From an uncultured Candidatus Saccharibacteria bacterium (GTDB taxonomy: Bacteria; Patescibacteriota; Saccharimonadia; Saccharimonadales; AWTP1-31), in contig CAZKKJ010000002.1 of the NCBI GenBank assembly GCA_964553355.1, positions 1 to 29,865 of the forward strand: a DNA stretch of 29,865 nucleotides, in the 5' to 3' direction. Numbering within the stretch: the first letter of the stretch is position 1; the number at the start of each line of letters is the position of its first letter. Under the pieces are notes generated by a model that worked only from the letters and a program-made list of their open reading frames with translations, was not told the DNA's origin and did no database searches. Below, in pieces: positions 17,948 to 27,479 of the stretch. A program made the position numbers and the translations under genes.

Positions 17948-18024
17948 TGGTGGAGCCACGGGGATTCAAACCCCGGACCTCATCGCTGCCAGCGATGCGC
18001 TCTAATCAGCTGAGCTATGGCCCC
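17948..18024 (-). tRNA. tRNA-Ala(GGC)
   Basis: GGGGCCA/TGGCTCC acceptor stem with G3:U70, anticodon GGC, C32:G38 pair, encoded CCA. Confidence 0.95.
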
Positions 18025-18070
18025 GAACCAGATTATTCTACCGTAAAAACATGTGTTTGACCAGTGTTGG

Positions 18071-19270
18071 CTAGGTATCAAATAGGTCGGTGTCGGCTAG
18101 CTCAGGTGGCAAAAAGCCTTTGTTGTGCAGGAAGTTAGCTTCCCACTTGTAGTCTTTTCCATAGCCCAGGTCTTTCATGAGCTTGGTGGGTGCGTTGCGC
18201 AGCTGCAGCGGAATGGGCAGATCTGGATAGTCACGAGCTAAACCTTGGGCGGCCATCATGGCGTTAGATACTTCGCGGGACTTTGGCGCTTTGGCTAAGA
18301 CTGTAGCACAGTGGAATAGATTGTACTGAGCCTCGGGCATACCAATCTGGGTTACCGCCTGAAAGGTACTTACCGCTAAGTTGAGTGCTGCAGGTGCGGC
18401 GAGACCAATGTCCTCAGAAGCAAAGATCACCATCCTCCGGGCGACAAACTTGGGATCTTCGCCAGCTTGCAGAATGCGTGCCATATAGTACAGTGCTGCA
18501 GTGGCTTGGCTACCGCGCAGTGATTTAATAAAAGCACTGATCAAGTTGTAGTGGTTCTCGCCGTTCTTATCGTACCCCGGCACTCGTCGCTGGGCTGCAG
18601 TTTGGACGATCTCTTTAGTAATGGTTTTAATGCCAGCTAACTGATGAGCGACTTCTAAGTTTCCCAGAGCTACTCGTCCGTCACCACCAGACAACTCTGC
18701 AAGCAAATCCAGGCTGGTCGCTGGAAGTCGTTTAGTAGGAATTCTTAGCTGTTTGGCAGCTCGTTGTAATAGCACCGTAACTTCTTCTTTGGTGAGTGGC
18801 TCCAATATGACCACTCGGCTACGACTCAGTAAGGGGGTAATTATCTCGAAGCTGGGGTTTTCGGTGGTGGCACCAATAAGAGTAATGGTGCCGCGCTCGA
18901 CATGTGGTAAAAACGCATCTTGCTGAGCTTTGTTAAAGCGGTGGATCTCGTCCACAAACAGCAGTGTAGGGATTTGCAGGCGGGCGTTTTGTTCGGCATG
19001 TTCAATAACCTTACGGACATCTGCTACACCAGAAGTAACGGCGCTCAACTCTATCCAATCCGATCCGGTCTCGCGGGCAATAATTCGGGCTAGGGTTGTC
19101 TTACCTGTCCCTGGTGGTCCCCATAAAATTAAACTAACGGGTTTCTTGCTGGTTACGATTTGCCGAAGTAAGCCACTTGGGCCAACTAAGTGCTGTTGGC
19201 CAATTACCTCATCGAGCGTCTGCGGACGAAGCTGTTCTGCTAAAGGTTGGCTACTATTTTGTTCGGACAT
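18071..19270 (-). CDS. rarA: Replication-associated recombination protein A (MgsA/RarA AAA+ ATPase)
   Basis: PLAEQLRP..L, GPPGTGKTT, FVDEIHRFNKAQQDAFLP, GATTENPSF, SEDIGLA, LRNAPTKLMKDLGYG. Confidence 0.95.
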   Translation of the reverse strand: MSEQNSSQPLAEQLRPQTLDEVIGQQHLVGPSGLLRQIVTSKKPVSLILWGPPGTGKTTLARIIARETGSDWIELSAVTSGVADVRKVIEHAEQNARLQIPTLLFVDEIHRFNKAQQDAFLPHVERGTITLIGATTENPSFEIITPLLSRSRVVILEPLTKEEVTVLLQRAAKQLRIPTKRLPATSLDLLAELSGGDGRVALGNLEVAHQLAGIKTITKEIVQTAAQRRVPGYDKNGENHYNLISAFIKSLRGSQATAALYYMARILQAGEDPKFVARRMVIFASEDIGLAAPAALNLAVSTFQAVTQIGMPEAQYNLFHCATVLAKAPKSREVSNAMMAAQGLARDYPDLPIPLQLRNAPTKLMKDLGYGKDYKWEANFLHNKGFLPPELADTDLFDT

Positions 19271-19323
19271 GCCCTAAGTATACCTGGCGTGGCCAAAGAG
19301 TCAGGGTAGGGTACAATAGAGAC

Positions 19324-20229
19324 ATGCCAAAAACAGACTCTTCTCAAATAAGTTCCGAAAAACCATTTATTGTTACTCATACACCACTCGTGCTAGTTGG
19401 GATCGGCCTGGTGCTACTAGCCCTGTTCGGTAGTTTGTGGTGGACTAAGGTCCACGACAGTCCCCGTAATGTATTTGCCGATATGTTGGCCAACAACTTA
19501 TCTACAGCAAGCGTCACGCGCAGCAGTAGCTCTACTGGTCAGCAGGGCTTTGAACGAGTTGAGCAACTGAGCTTTACACCAACCGCCACCACCCGAAGTT
19601 ATGTAAAGGTAAGTCAAGAATCCGAGCAGGGCAAGACAACCGTCAAAACCGAGACTATTGGTACCATAACTAACGACTACAGCAGGTATCTAAATATTGA
19701 TGTGGCTCCAAGCGGTGGTCAGGCGGCACCAAACTACCGATCGGTAGAGAACATCTGGGCTAAGTCCTCATTGGTAGAAGGCCAACCTCAATACTTAAGC
19801 CAGTCAATGCAGGGGCTCATTCCGTTCGCAAACCTTAACGCAAGTAAGCGTCAAGAAATAATCAAGCTCATCCAAGACAAAAAGATTTATAAAGTAAATT
19901 ATGCTTCCTCAAAACCCAAACGACTTAACGGTAAATCAGCTATCGATTTTTCCGTGAGCGTAGATCCTGTGCAGTATATCGAACTACTAAAAGCTTTAAA
20001 TAAAGCCGTTGGCGTAGACGTACAAGGACTGAACTCAGACGAATACAAGGGGCAGCCGCCCATTAGCCTGAGTGTGGTCGTAGACAAGCTTTCCCGACAT
20101 GTTTTACAGGTCACCTACGGCCAGCAAAAAGAAGTCTTTAGCGCCTATGGTCTGACCCAACCCATCACCATCCCCGAGCAAACAGTTTCCGTCCAAGAGC
20201 TTCAACAAAAAATTCAAATGGCGCAGTAA
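19324..20229 (+). CDS. Single-pass membrane protein with large extracytoplasmic domain
   Basis: TM (LVLVGIGLVLLALFGSLWW). Start reassigned to ATG 19324 because the longer ORF overlaps rarA and TACAAT lies just upstream of this ATG. Confidence 0.75.
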   Translation: MPKTDSSQISSEKPFIVTHTPLVLVGIGLVLLALFGSLWWTKVHDSPRNVFADMLANNLSTASVTRSSSSTGQQGFERVEQLSFTPTATTRSYVKVSQESEQGKTTVKTETIGTITNDYSRYLNIDVAPSGGQAAPNYRSVENIWAKSSLVEGQPQYLSQSMQGLIPFANLNASKRQEIIKLIQDKKIYKVNYASSKPKRLNGKSAIDFSVSVDPVQYIELLKALNKAVGVDVQGLNSDEYKGQPPISLSVVVDKLSRHVLQVTYGQQKEVFSAYGLTQPITIPEQTVSVQELQQKIQMAQ

Positions 20230-20234
20230 ATATC

Positions 20235-20981
20235 ATGCAGGTGGTGGTCAACAACTTATTAACCAACTATGTCCAAAAGGGCAGTGGCAAAAACGTTCTG
20301 TTGCTGCACGGCTGGGGTGATAGCTCAAAGGGAATGCACCTGTTTATAGAGGCCTTAGCAAAGAAGTATAAAGTCACGTCCATAGATTTGCCTGGCTTTG
20401 GTGGCACGCAGGCACCTTCAGAAGCGTGGAGTGTTAGTGACTATGCTGGCTTTGTGCAGCAGTTTGCCTATAAAATCGGCCTAGAGCCGGCACTGGTAAT
20501 CGGTCACTCAAATGGTGGTGCTATTGCTATAAGAGCACTGAGTGGTGGCTTGGTGGCAGATAAGCTAGTATTAGTTGCCTCGGCTGGTATTCGGGGTGAG
20601 TACAAGGGGCGCATGCAAATTCTTCGCTACATAACTAAGGCAGGCAAGGCAATAGCCATGTTGCTACCAAAACGAATCCAAAAGAAGTTACGCCGTAAAC
20701 TTTATACTACAGTTGGCTCAGATATGTTGGTTGCCGAGCATTTACAAGAAACTTTTAAAAAAGTGGTGGCTGATGATGTTCGCCAAGCCGCTAGCACCCT
20801 GACTGTTCCGACCCTTCTAATTTACGGAGATAACGACGTCTCTACGCCGCTGGCATTTGGCCGTAAACTAGAGCAAGCCATCCCGAATTCACGGCTAGAA
20901 GTTATTCCTGGTGGTGAACATGGTTTACCAACCGAAAATACCCAGCAGGTAATTAATTTGATAAAGGGGTTTGACAGGTGA
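20235..20981 (+). CDS. Alpha/beta hydrolase
   Basis: LLHGWG, DLPGFG, GHSNGG nucleophile elbow, catalytic D (GDND) and H (GGEH). Confidence 0.9.
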   Translation: MQVVVNNLLTNYVQKGSGKNVLLLHGWGDSSKGMHLFIEALAKKYKVTSIDLPGFGGTQAPSEAWSVSDYAGFVQQFAYKIGLEPALVIGHSNGGAIAIRALSGGLVADKLVLVASAGIRGEYKGRMQILRYITKAGKAIAMLLPKRIQKKLRRKLYTTVGSDMLVAEHLQETFKKVVADDVRQAASTLTVPTLLIYGDNDVSTPLAFGRKLEQAIPNSRLEVIPGGEHGLPTENTQQVINLIKGFDR

Positions 20982-22420
20982 TGGGTTTGCTCTCATTGTA
21001 CTCTCCAACCTTGGTTCTAACTTTGGTGTACATGCTGCAATCATGCGATTATGACACTAAAGCCTACCTTAAGTGGTTTTGGCGAACAGAAGATTTTAGA
21101 TATTCTCGAGTAACTAGGCGTCGACAACTCGACTACACCAAAGCGGCTCGATTTCTGATCTTAGTGCTCCGTATTGGCATTGCCCTACAATTACTTACAG
21201 GCGCTTTTATACTTTATAGAGGGAGTAGTACGGGTTCGATTGGTCAAATTATAACCGGTTTACTTGTAATTATTTCCTATCCGGTTGCGTGGGCTCACAT
21301 TTTGGCACTGCCAGTAGTGGCTGGTAGATTATTCATTTCACGTCCAGCAGAAAAAAAGCTTATTGTACAATCCAAGAAAGTGTTTGCAGAACATCCGGGG
21401 GTAATCATTGCCGTGGCGGGGAGTTACGGTAAGACAACAGTAAAAGAGTTGCTACTGACAGTTTTATCCACCGCCAGGCACGTTCAGGCAACGCCCGCCA
21501 ATAAGAACGTTGCTAGCTCACACGCAAAGTTCGCCAAAAAGCTCAAAGGTGATGAAGACGTACTGGTTATCGAGTTCGGCGAAGGCCAACCTGGCGATGT
21601 GGCGCGCTTTACACAAACTACCCGGCCAAACATAGGTATTATTACCGGCATAGCTCCAGCACACCTGGACAAATACCATTCGCTAGAGGACGCCGCACAA
21701 GACATTTTTAGCTTGGCTTATGCGTTACCGGCTGGCAATGTGTACGTAAATGGTGAATCACCGGACACTGGACCGTACATCAAACCAGGATACATTGTTT
21801 ACGACCAAGAAGGAGTGATGGGCTGGAAGATAAGCAAGATTATCGTGGCCGTCGATTGCTTGAGTTTTACCATGAGAAAAGGAGGGCGTACTCTAAAGCT
21901 AAAGAGCCATTTGGTTGGTCGACATTTGGTAGGCACATTGGCTATGGTAATAGCTATAGCTGCGGAGCTAGGGCTAACTGATACACAGATCATCGAAGGA
22001 GTCGCCCAGACTAAACCTTTCGAACATCGCATGCAACCTCGACTATTGGCCGGCGGCTGGGTTATTGACGATACCTACAACGGTAACTTGGAAGGGCTTC
22101 GTGCTGGACTTTCCTTGCTGGCAGAGCTTAAGGCTACACGCAAGATCTATGTGACACCAGGTTTAGTTGACCAGGGACGCGAGGCAGAACGAGTACATAA
22201 AGAGGTCGGACGACTTATTGCTCAAGCCAAACCAGATAAAGTTGTGCTTATGCAAAACTCAGTTACCAACTGGATTAGGGAAGGGCTTACTAAAGAAAAT
22301 TACCAGGGAGAGCTAGTCATAGAAGACGACCCATTAGGTTTTTACACTAACTTAGACCAAGTCATTGCGGTTGGCGACGTTGTGCTTATGCAAAACGACT
22401 GGACAGATAACTACAATTAA
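20978..22420 (+). CDS. murF: Mur ligase, MurF-like, with N-terminal TM segments
   Basis: GSYGKTT P-loop, GITGIAPAHL, HRMQ, IDDTYNGN, TPG.V; adjacent to ddl. Confidence 0.8.
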   Translation: MMGLLSLYSPTLVLTLVYMLQSCDYDTKAYLKWFWRTEDFRYSRVTRRRQLDYTKAARFLILVLRIGIALQLLTGAFILYRGSSTGSIGQIITGLLVIISYPVAWAHILALPVVAGRLFISRPAEKKLIVQSKKVFAEHPGVIIAVAGSYGKTTVKELLLTVLSTARHVQATPANKNVASSHAKFAKKLKGDEDVLVIEFGEGQPGDVARFTQTTRPNIGIITGIAPAHLDKYHSLEDAAQDIFSLAYALPAGNVYVNGESPDTGPYIKPGYIVYDQEGVMGWKISKIIVAVDCLSFTMRKGGRTLKLKSHLVGRHLVGTLAMVIAIAAELGLTDTQIIEGVAQTKPFEHRMQPRLLAGGWVIDDTYNGNLEGLRAGLSLLAELKATRKIYVTPGLVDQGREAERVHKEVGRLIAQAKPDKVVLMQNSVTNWIREGLTKENYQGELVIEDDPLGFYTNLDQVIAVGDVVLMQNDWTDNYN

Positions 22421-22470
22421 GAGCAATTAATTGTATGCTACAATTGTCGTAATGTAAGTATGAGGGTTTT

Positions 22471-23634
22471 ATGAAATCTATTGCTGTTGTATTTGGGGGT
22501 CAATCTACCGAGCACGACGTGTCTATAGTTACGGCACTCGCGAGTGTAATTAAGCCACTGGAATTAACCAAACAATACCAGGTAGTACCGGTTTATATTG
22601 CCAAAGACGGTAGTTGGTATTCAGATTCTAAACTTAAAGATATAAGCTTGTATCAATCTGGTGAGATTAGTGATTTTGTTCATAAAGCACCCAAAGTACA
22701 TCTACTGTTTGACAATGGTTTGACTCTAGTAAAATCCAGTCAGTTTGCAGGCCGTAAGCAATACACCAAGATCGATGTGGTCTTTCCAGCAATGCATGGA
22801 ACGCACGGCGAAGATGGTGAGCTCATGGGAATTCTCGAGATGGCTAATGTCCCATACGTAGGTTGCGGCGTGGCTGCAAGCGCAATTGCCATGGATAAAG
22901 TTCTTTCTAAGCAAGTGGCAGAAAGTGCTGGTTTGCCCTCAACGCCATGGATGTGGTTCTACTCCCGTGAGCTCGGTAGCAAGCACTCTACAATCCTTAA
23001 AGACATCGCTAAGCTTAAATATCCTCTTTTTATTAAGCCGGCTCATTTGGGTTCGAGTATTGGCATAACTCGGGTAAGCGAGTCAAGCCAACTGATGAAT
23101 GCACTCGAAGTAGCTGCTCATTATGACGATAAAGTGATCGTCGAGCAGGGTGTGGCTAACCTAGTAGAAGTGACCTTGCCAATTATTGGAAACGACACGC
23201 CAGAACCGGCGTTACTCGAGCAACCGATGGTGGCTAGCGAAGATTTTTTTGACTTTGAGACAAAGTACATGCAAGGTGGCAAAAAAGGTAAGAAGGGCGG
23301 CGGCAAACAGGGTGCTCAGGGCTACAGCAAGATTCCGGCGGACCTACCGAAAGATCTTTATGACCAAGCCATGCAGTTAGGGCAAGACGTCTATCGCACC
23401 GTAGGCTGCACGGGTATCGCTCGTGTAGATATGCTTGTAGATACAAAGGCCAAAAAAGCATTCTTTAACGAGATTAATCCACTGCCGGGCGATTTGTATC
23501 GTCATAACTGGCGCGCAGCTGGTGTGTCTACGACAGATCTGGTTGGCAAGCTTGTTCGGCTGGCAGAAGAGCGGTGGGCGGCCAAGCAAAAGATTGCTAC
23601 TGCTTTTTCGACTAACTACCTAAAACAATTCTAA
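22471..23634 (+). CDS. ddl: D-alanine--D-alanine ligase
   Basis: FGGQSTEHDVS, HGTHGEDG, MDK, KPAHLGSSIG, FDFETKY, ARVD, NEINPLPG. Confidence 0.95.
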   Translation: MKSIAVVFGGQSTEHDVSIVTALASVIKPLELTKQYQVVPVYIAKDGSWYSDSKLKDISLYQSGEISDFVHKAPKVHLLFDNGLTLVKSSQFAGRKQYTKIDVVFPAMHGTHGEDGELMGILEMANVPYVGCGVAASAIAMDKVLSKQVAESAGLPSTPWMWFYSRELGSKHSTILKDIAKLKYPLFIKPAHLGSSIGITRVSESSQLMNALEVAAHYDDKVIVEQGVANLVEVTLPIIGNDTPEPALLEQPMVASEDFFDFETKYMQGGKKGKKGGGKQGAQGYSKIPADLPKDLYDQAMQLGQDVYRTVGCTGIARVDMLVDTKAKKAFFNEINPLPGDLYRHNWRAAGVSTTDLVGKLVRLAEERWAAKQKIATAFSTNYLKQF

Positions 23635-23635
23635 A

Positions 23636-24403
23636 ATGTCTACTGCAAGCGCAGAGATTGAATTATTTGCTAGTATTGCACCGCTCGGCTTGGCTACAGA
23701 TAGTCGAGAGTTGGTGGATGGATTGGCGCGAGAAACCGAGTGGTATCGAGGGGCCGTAAAGTACCGGAATCCTTTTGATATTGCCGCCGCGTTCTTTAGT
23801 GATGAGCTTATTGAGTTTGTGAGTGATGATAATATTCGTCGGTTGCCCCGATTCGATTTGGACCACCCAGGCAGCTGGCCAATACTCGCCCCACATGCTG
23901 TTGCGGCTGCACGCGATTACGGAGCATTATGGCGAAGAATCTTGCAAAAGGATTACGATATTCATAGGCCAGAACTTCGCTTGGCAATAACTTCCATGAC
24001 GCGCCCTGAGAATTATCAGAACGAGCTTGTGCGCCAGGGTCGTTTTGCATCGCCAACTAGCAAACATATGGCCGGCGTGGCTTTTGATATCGACGACACA
24101 AGTTACTACAAACAGCTTCCTGATGGTACTTGGGCGTCTTGTGCTGATCCAAGAGCGGTTGATGAGCGTATCAAAGCCGGAGAAGCCATTCGCAAGCGTA
24201 TTGAACATGGTGGGCAGATTGGTAGTACATTTGTAGGCAATTATGCTAGCGAGTATGACCCTCGCATCATGCAGGCCGCCCTACAGGCCGCACAGTTGAT
24301 GCATGATCAGAACCTACTGAATGTGTTGGTTGAGTTTTCTGGTGAGCCGTATTCGGTCTTGCATATTGCCCCCCACCCAGACTACTTCGCTCTAACAGCT
24401 TAG
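23636..24403 (+). CDS. Putative zinc metallopeptidase, M15/LAS (DUF5715-like) fold
   Basis: ITSMTR...Q, SKHMAGVAFDI (H144-x6-D151) and a C-terminal LHI (H243). Confidence 0.65.
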   Translation: MSTASAEIELFASIAPLGLATDSRELVDGLARETEWYRGAVKYRNPFDIAAAFFSDELIEFVSDDNIRRLPRFDLDHPGSWPILAPHAVAAARDYGALWRRILQKDYDIHRPELRLAITSMTRPENYQNELVRQGRFASPTSKHMAGVAFDIDDTSYYKQLPDGTWASCADPRAVDERIKAGEAIRKRIEHGGQIGSTFVGNYASEYDPRIMQAALQAAQLMHDQNLLNVLVEFSGEPYSVLHIAPHPDYFALTA

Positions 24404-24423
24404 AACTGGTATAATTACTCCTT

Positions 24424-26916
24424 ATGAAGCGATACAATCCTAAGGACATCGAGCCCAAGTGGCAAAAAATCTGGCAAGAGACTGGCGTCTACACCACCAA
24501 TTTGAATAGTGACAAGCCAAAATACTTTGGTTTTAGCATGTTCAACTACCCCAGTGGTTCGGGCATTCACGTGGGGCACGCCATGAACTACACCATTTCC
24601 GATGTAAAGTCACGCTTTAAGCGTCAACAAGGTTACGAAAGCTACCACCCAGTAGGCTGGGATGCTTTTGGTTTGCCTGCCGAAAACTATGCCATTAAGG
24701 CTGGTGTATCCCCGCAAGAAAGTATGGCTACTATTATTCCAAGCTACCATAAGCAGTATCAAGCTATGGGGTGGAGTAACGACTGGGAGAAAGAGATCAG
24801 TACTCATTTGCCCGAATACTACAAATGGACCCAATGGATCTTTGTAAAAATGCACGAGCATGGTTTGGCCTACCAAGACAGCCGCTGGCAGTGGTGGTGC
24901 ACAAAATGCCAGACAGTGCTAGCCAACGAGCAAGTGATCGACGGTAAGTGTTGGCGCCATGACGGCAAAGACGACCCACAGGTCGAAAAGAAAGAAGTTA
25001 AGCAGTGGTTTTTCAAGATCACCGATTATGCTGATGAGCTGTTGGAAGCCACCGATGCATTGGATTGGACACCCAGCGTAAAGCTGGCCCAAAAGAACTG
25101 GATAGGTCGCAGTGAAGGCATCAACATCGACTACGAAGTAGTTGGTACCAACAAGAAACTAACATGTTTTACGACTACTCCCGTAAACTACGGAATGACC
25201 TTTATTGTAGTGGCGCCCGAGCATGACATGGTACCGGAGCTAACCACTCATGAACAAAAGAAAATTGTAGAAGAGTATGTAAAGAAAAGCATCTTAAAAT
25301 CTAGTATCGAACGCCAGCAAGAAGGTAAGGCCAAAACCGGTGTCTTTACTGGTTCGTATGCTTTAAACCATGTGACTGGCGAGCAAGTTCCTATTTGGGT
25401 AGCAGACTTCGTGCTCGCCGAGTTCGGTACTGGCGCAGTACAAGGCTGTCCAGCTCATGACGAACGTGATTTTGAGTTTGCACAGAAGTTTGACCTCCCA
25501 ATTATTCGAGTGGTAGAGGGTGTAAATGGCGAAACTAGTAGGATTGTAGATCCAAAGAAAGAATCCGTGGATCAGGTCAAGCTTAACCATGGCATTAAGC
25601 GTAAAATGATAAACTCTGAGCAATTCAATGGACTTCTTTTTGACGATGCAATGCAGAGAACAATGGATTATTTCGAAGAACAAAACTGGGGTACGCGTAT
25701 AGTCAACTATCGCATGCGCGACTGGAGCATCAGCCGCCAGCGCTATTGGGGTGCACCTATTCCTGTAGTCAACTGCCCAGACTGTGGGCCAGTGGTTTTA
25801 GGCGAAGAGTCTCTACCGGTTATATTGCCAGAGCTTACCGACTTTGCGCCAAGTGGCGATGGCCGCAGTGCCTTGGCTCGAGCCGAAGACTGGCTCAAGA
25901 CCACTTGTCCTAAGTGTGAGGGTCCAGCAGAGCGCGAAACAGACACAATGGACACCTACGTGTGCAGTAGTTGGTATATGTTCCGATATCTTGATCCTCG
26001 TAATCAAGAACAAATTTTTGATAGTAAGATAGCTAATCAATGGCTACCTGTTGGCTTTTACAACGGCGCCGACCATGCAACCGCTCATTTACTATATGCT
26101 CGCTTTATTACGAAGTTCTTTAAGAAAATTGGTCTAGTGGACGTGGACGAGCCGTTTAGTCAGATGCTATACAACGGTAAGGTTACCGCAAAAGACGGAA
26201 GTGCTTTTAGTAAAACGCTTGGCAATGGCCCAGATCCACTAGATATTATAGATCAGGGCTATGGTGCCGACGCGCTTCGAACTTACTTAATGTTTGCTGC
26301 TCCTTTAGAGCTTGGCGTACGTTGGGACGAGCAAGGCGTGCCTGGCGCGCACCGTTTCTTATCTCGCGCCTGGAATATAACCCAAGAATACCTAGAGGCT
26401 AAAGAAGTTTCTTTAGACAAGACACAGGTTAAGCAAGTTCTTTCAATCACGCACAAGGCAGCCAAAAAGATCACTCAAGATCTAGAAGAGAATCGCTACA
26501 ACACCGCTATTGCCGCCAGCATGGACGCGGTAAACAAGTTATATCTTGTTAAAAATAAAGTTCCTTTTGGCAAAAGTGATGCTTGGCAAGAAGCACTCGA
26601 ATCCATCGCTATGCTAATTGGTCCGTTTGCTCCGCACATTAGTGAAGAGCTGTGGCAGCAGCTTGGTCATAGCGATACGATCCACCAAGATCACTGGCCC
26701 GAGTGGCAAGACGAATATCTAACAGAAGACACCATTACCTTAGTAGTACAGGTCAACGGCAAAGTACGTGCCCAGTTGCAGGTTGCTGCAGACATTTCGA
26801 AAGAAGATGCTATCGAAGCAGCCAAGCAAGACGAGAACGTTACAGCTCATTTGGGAGGCAAAGAAATCCGCAAAGAGATTTTCGTCCCCGGTAAACTTGT
26901 TAACCTAGTAGTCTAA
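24424..26916 (+). CDS. leuS: Leucine--tRNA ligase
   Basis: YPSG..HVGH (HIGH), GWDAFGLPAEN, QKNWIGRSEG, GTGAV..PAHDERD, SRQRYWG.PIP, HLLYARF, C-terminal VQVNGKVR. Confidence 0.97.
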   Translation: MKRYNPKDIEPKWQKIWQETGVYTTNLNSDKPKYFGFSMFNYPSGSGIHVGHAMNYTISDVKSRFKRQQGYESYHPVGWDAFGLPAENYAIKAGVSPQESMATIIPSYHKQYQAMGWSNDWEKEISTHLPEYYKWTQWIFVKMHEHGLAYQDSRWQWWCTKCQTVLANEQVIDGKCWRHDGKDDPQVEKKEVKQWFFKITDYADELLEATDALDWTPSVKLAQKNWIGRSEGINIDYEVVGTNKKLTCFTTTPVNYGMTFIVVAPEHDMVPELTTHEQKKIVEEYVKKSILKSSIERQQEGKAKTGVFTGSYALNHVTGEQVPIWVADFVLAEFGTGAVQGCPAHDERDFEFAQKFDLPIIRVVEGVNGETSRIVDPKKESVDQVKLNHGIKRKMINSEQFNGLLFDDAMQRTMDYFEEQNWGTRIVNYRMRDWSISRQRYWGAPIPVVNCPDCGPVVLGEESLPVILPELTDFAPSGDGRSALARAEDWLKTTCPKCEGPAERETDTMDTYVCSSWYMFRYLDPRNQEQIFDSKIANQWLPVGFYNGADHATAHLLYARFITKFFKKIGLVDVDEPFSQMLYNGKVTAKDGSAFSKTLGNGPDPLDIIDQGYGADALRTYLMFAAPLELGVRWDEQGVPGAHRFLSRAWNITQEYLEAKEVSLDKTQVKQVLSITHKAAKKITQDLEENRYNTAIAASMDAVNKLYLVKNKVPFGKSDAWQEALESIAMLIGPFAPHISEELWQQLGHSDTIHQDHWPEWQDEYLTEDTITLVVQVNGKVRAQLQVAADISKEDAIEAAKQDENVTAHLGGKEIRKEIFVPGKLVNLVV

Positions 26917-27470
26917 AGTCTAGAATCACACTCTTTTGGAACGACGTAGATGCCAGGTCGTACGTCGTCAGGATTTGGACTGTCGGTATCGTAGTTTATA
27001 CCAACTAAATCAGCATTATCCAAGTTGTCGGCAATAGTGTCGATAACTTTTGTTATGGGAGTATTTTCGTGTGGAATTTGTCGAGCTAGATCAGTCAAGT
27101 CACCGCCGGAATGCAGTTCCATATTTTGTTCACCACTACATGCAAAATGGTTATCTGCTAGCGCTGAACCGGTGTAGGTTGCTGCCATGCTGCCTGCCAT
27201 GGTTATGGCTGCCAGCCCGCCCCAAACACGCCGTGCGACATGTGCATGACGAGAATTCTTGTAGGCATTTCGTCTCAAAGATGACAGGTGATCTTCTAGG
27301 CCATCATTGGCGTTTAGCAGATCAACTGCCTTGCCAGCTGTTGTCATGGCAAAAGCACCAAATCTTTCGAATCTAGAAAGACGAGGCATTATGTGTTGCT
27401 TGCGCTCATTGATAACAATTTGGTCACGCTCTTTTGTAAAAGCTCTAACGGTATTACCTGATGTTTTCAT
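26913..27470 (-). CDS. Hypothetical membrane-anchored protein, possible LysM-like C-terminal domain
   Basis: Start reassigned to ATG 27470 because the upstream extension lies within a perfect promoter. One hydrophobic segment ending ALA-D, then a Cys-bounded domain with GGDLTDLA...VRPGIYVVP. Confidence 0.6.
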   Translation of the reverse strand: MKTSGNTVRAFTKERDQIVINERKQHIMPRLSRFERFGAFAMTTAGKAVDLLNANDGLEDHLSSLRRNAYKNSRHAHVARRVWGGLAAITMAGSMAATYTGSALADNHFACSGEQNMELHSGGDLTDLARQIPHENTPITKVIDTIADNLDNADLVGINYDTDSPNPDDVRPGIYVVPKECDSRL

Positions 27471-27479
27471 AATCAGGCA

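Noticed and set aside
19177-19323. 49-aa N-terminal extension overlapping rarA
   Set aside because: Antisense overlap with rarA and both promoters; ATG 19324 is preferred.
22471-24403. Vancomycin-resistance (van) operon
   Set aside because: Ddl keeps the D-Ala-D-Ala-type Tyr, and no vanH, vanT or vanRS is present. Only the peptidase similarity is kept as a finding.
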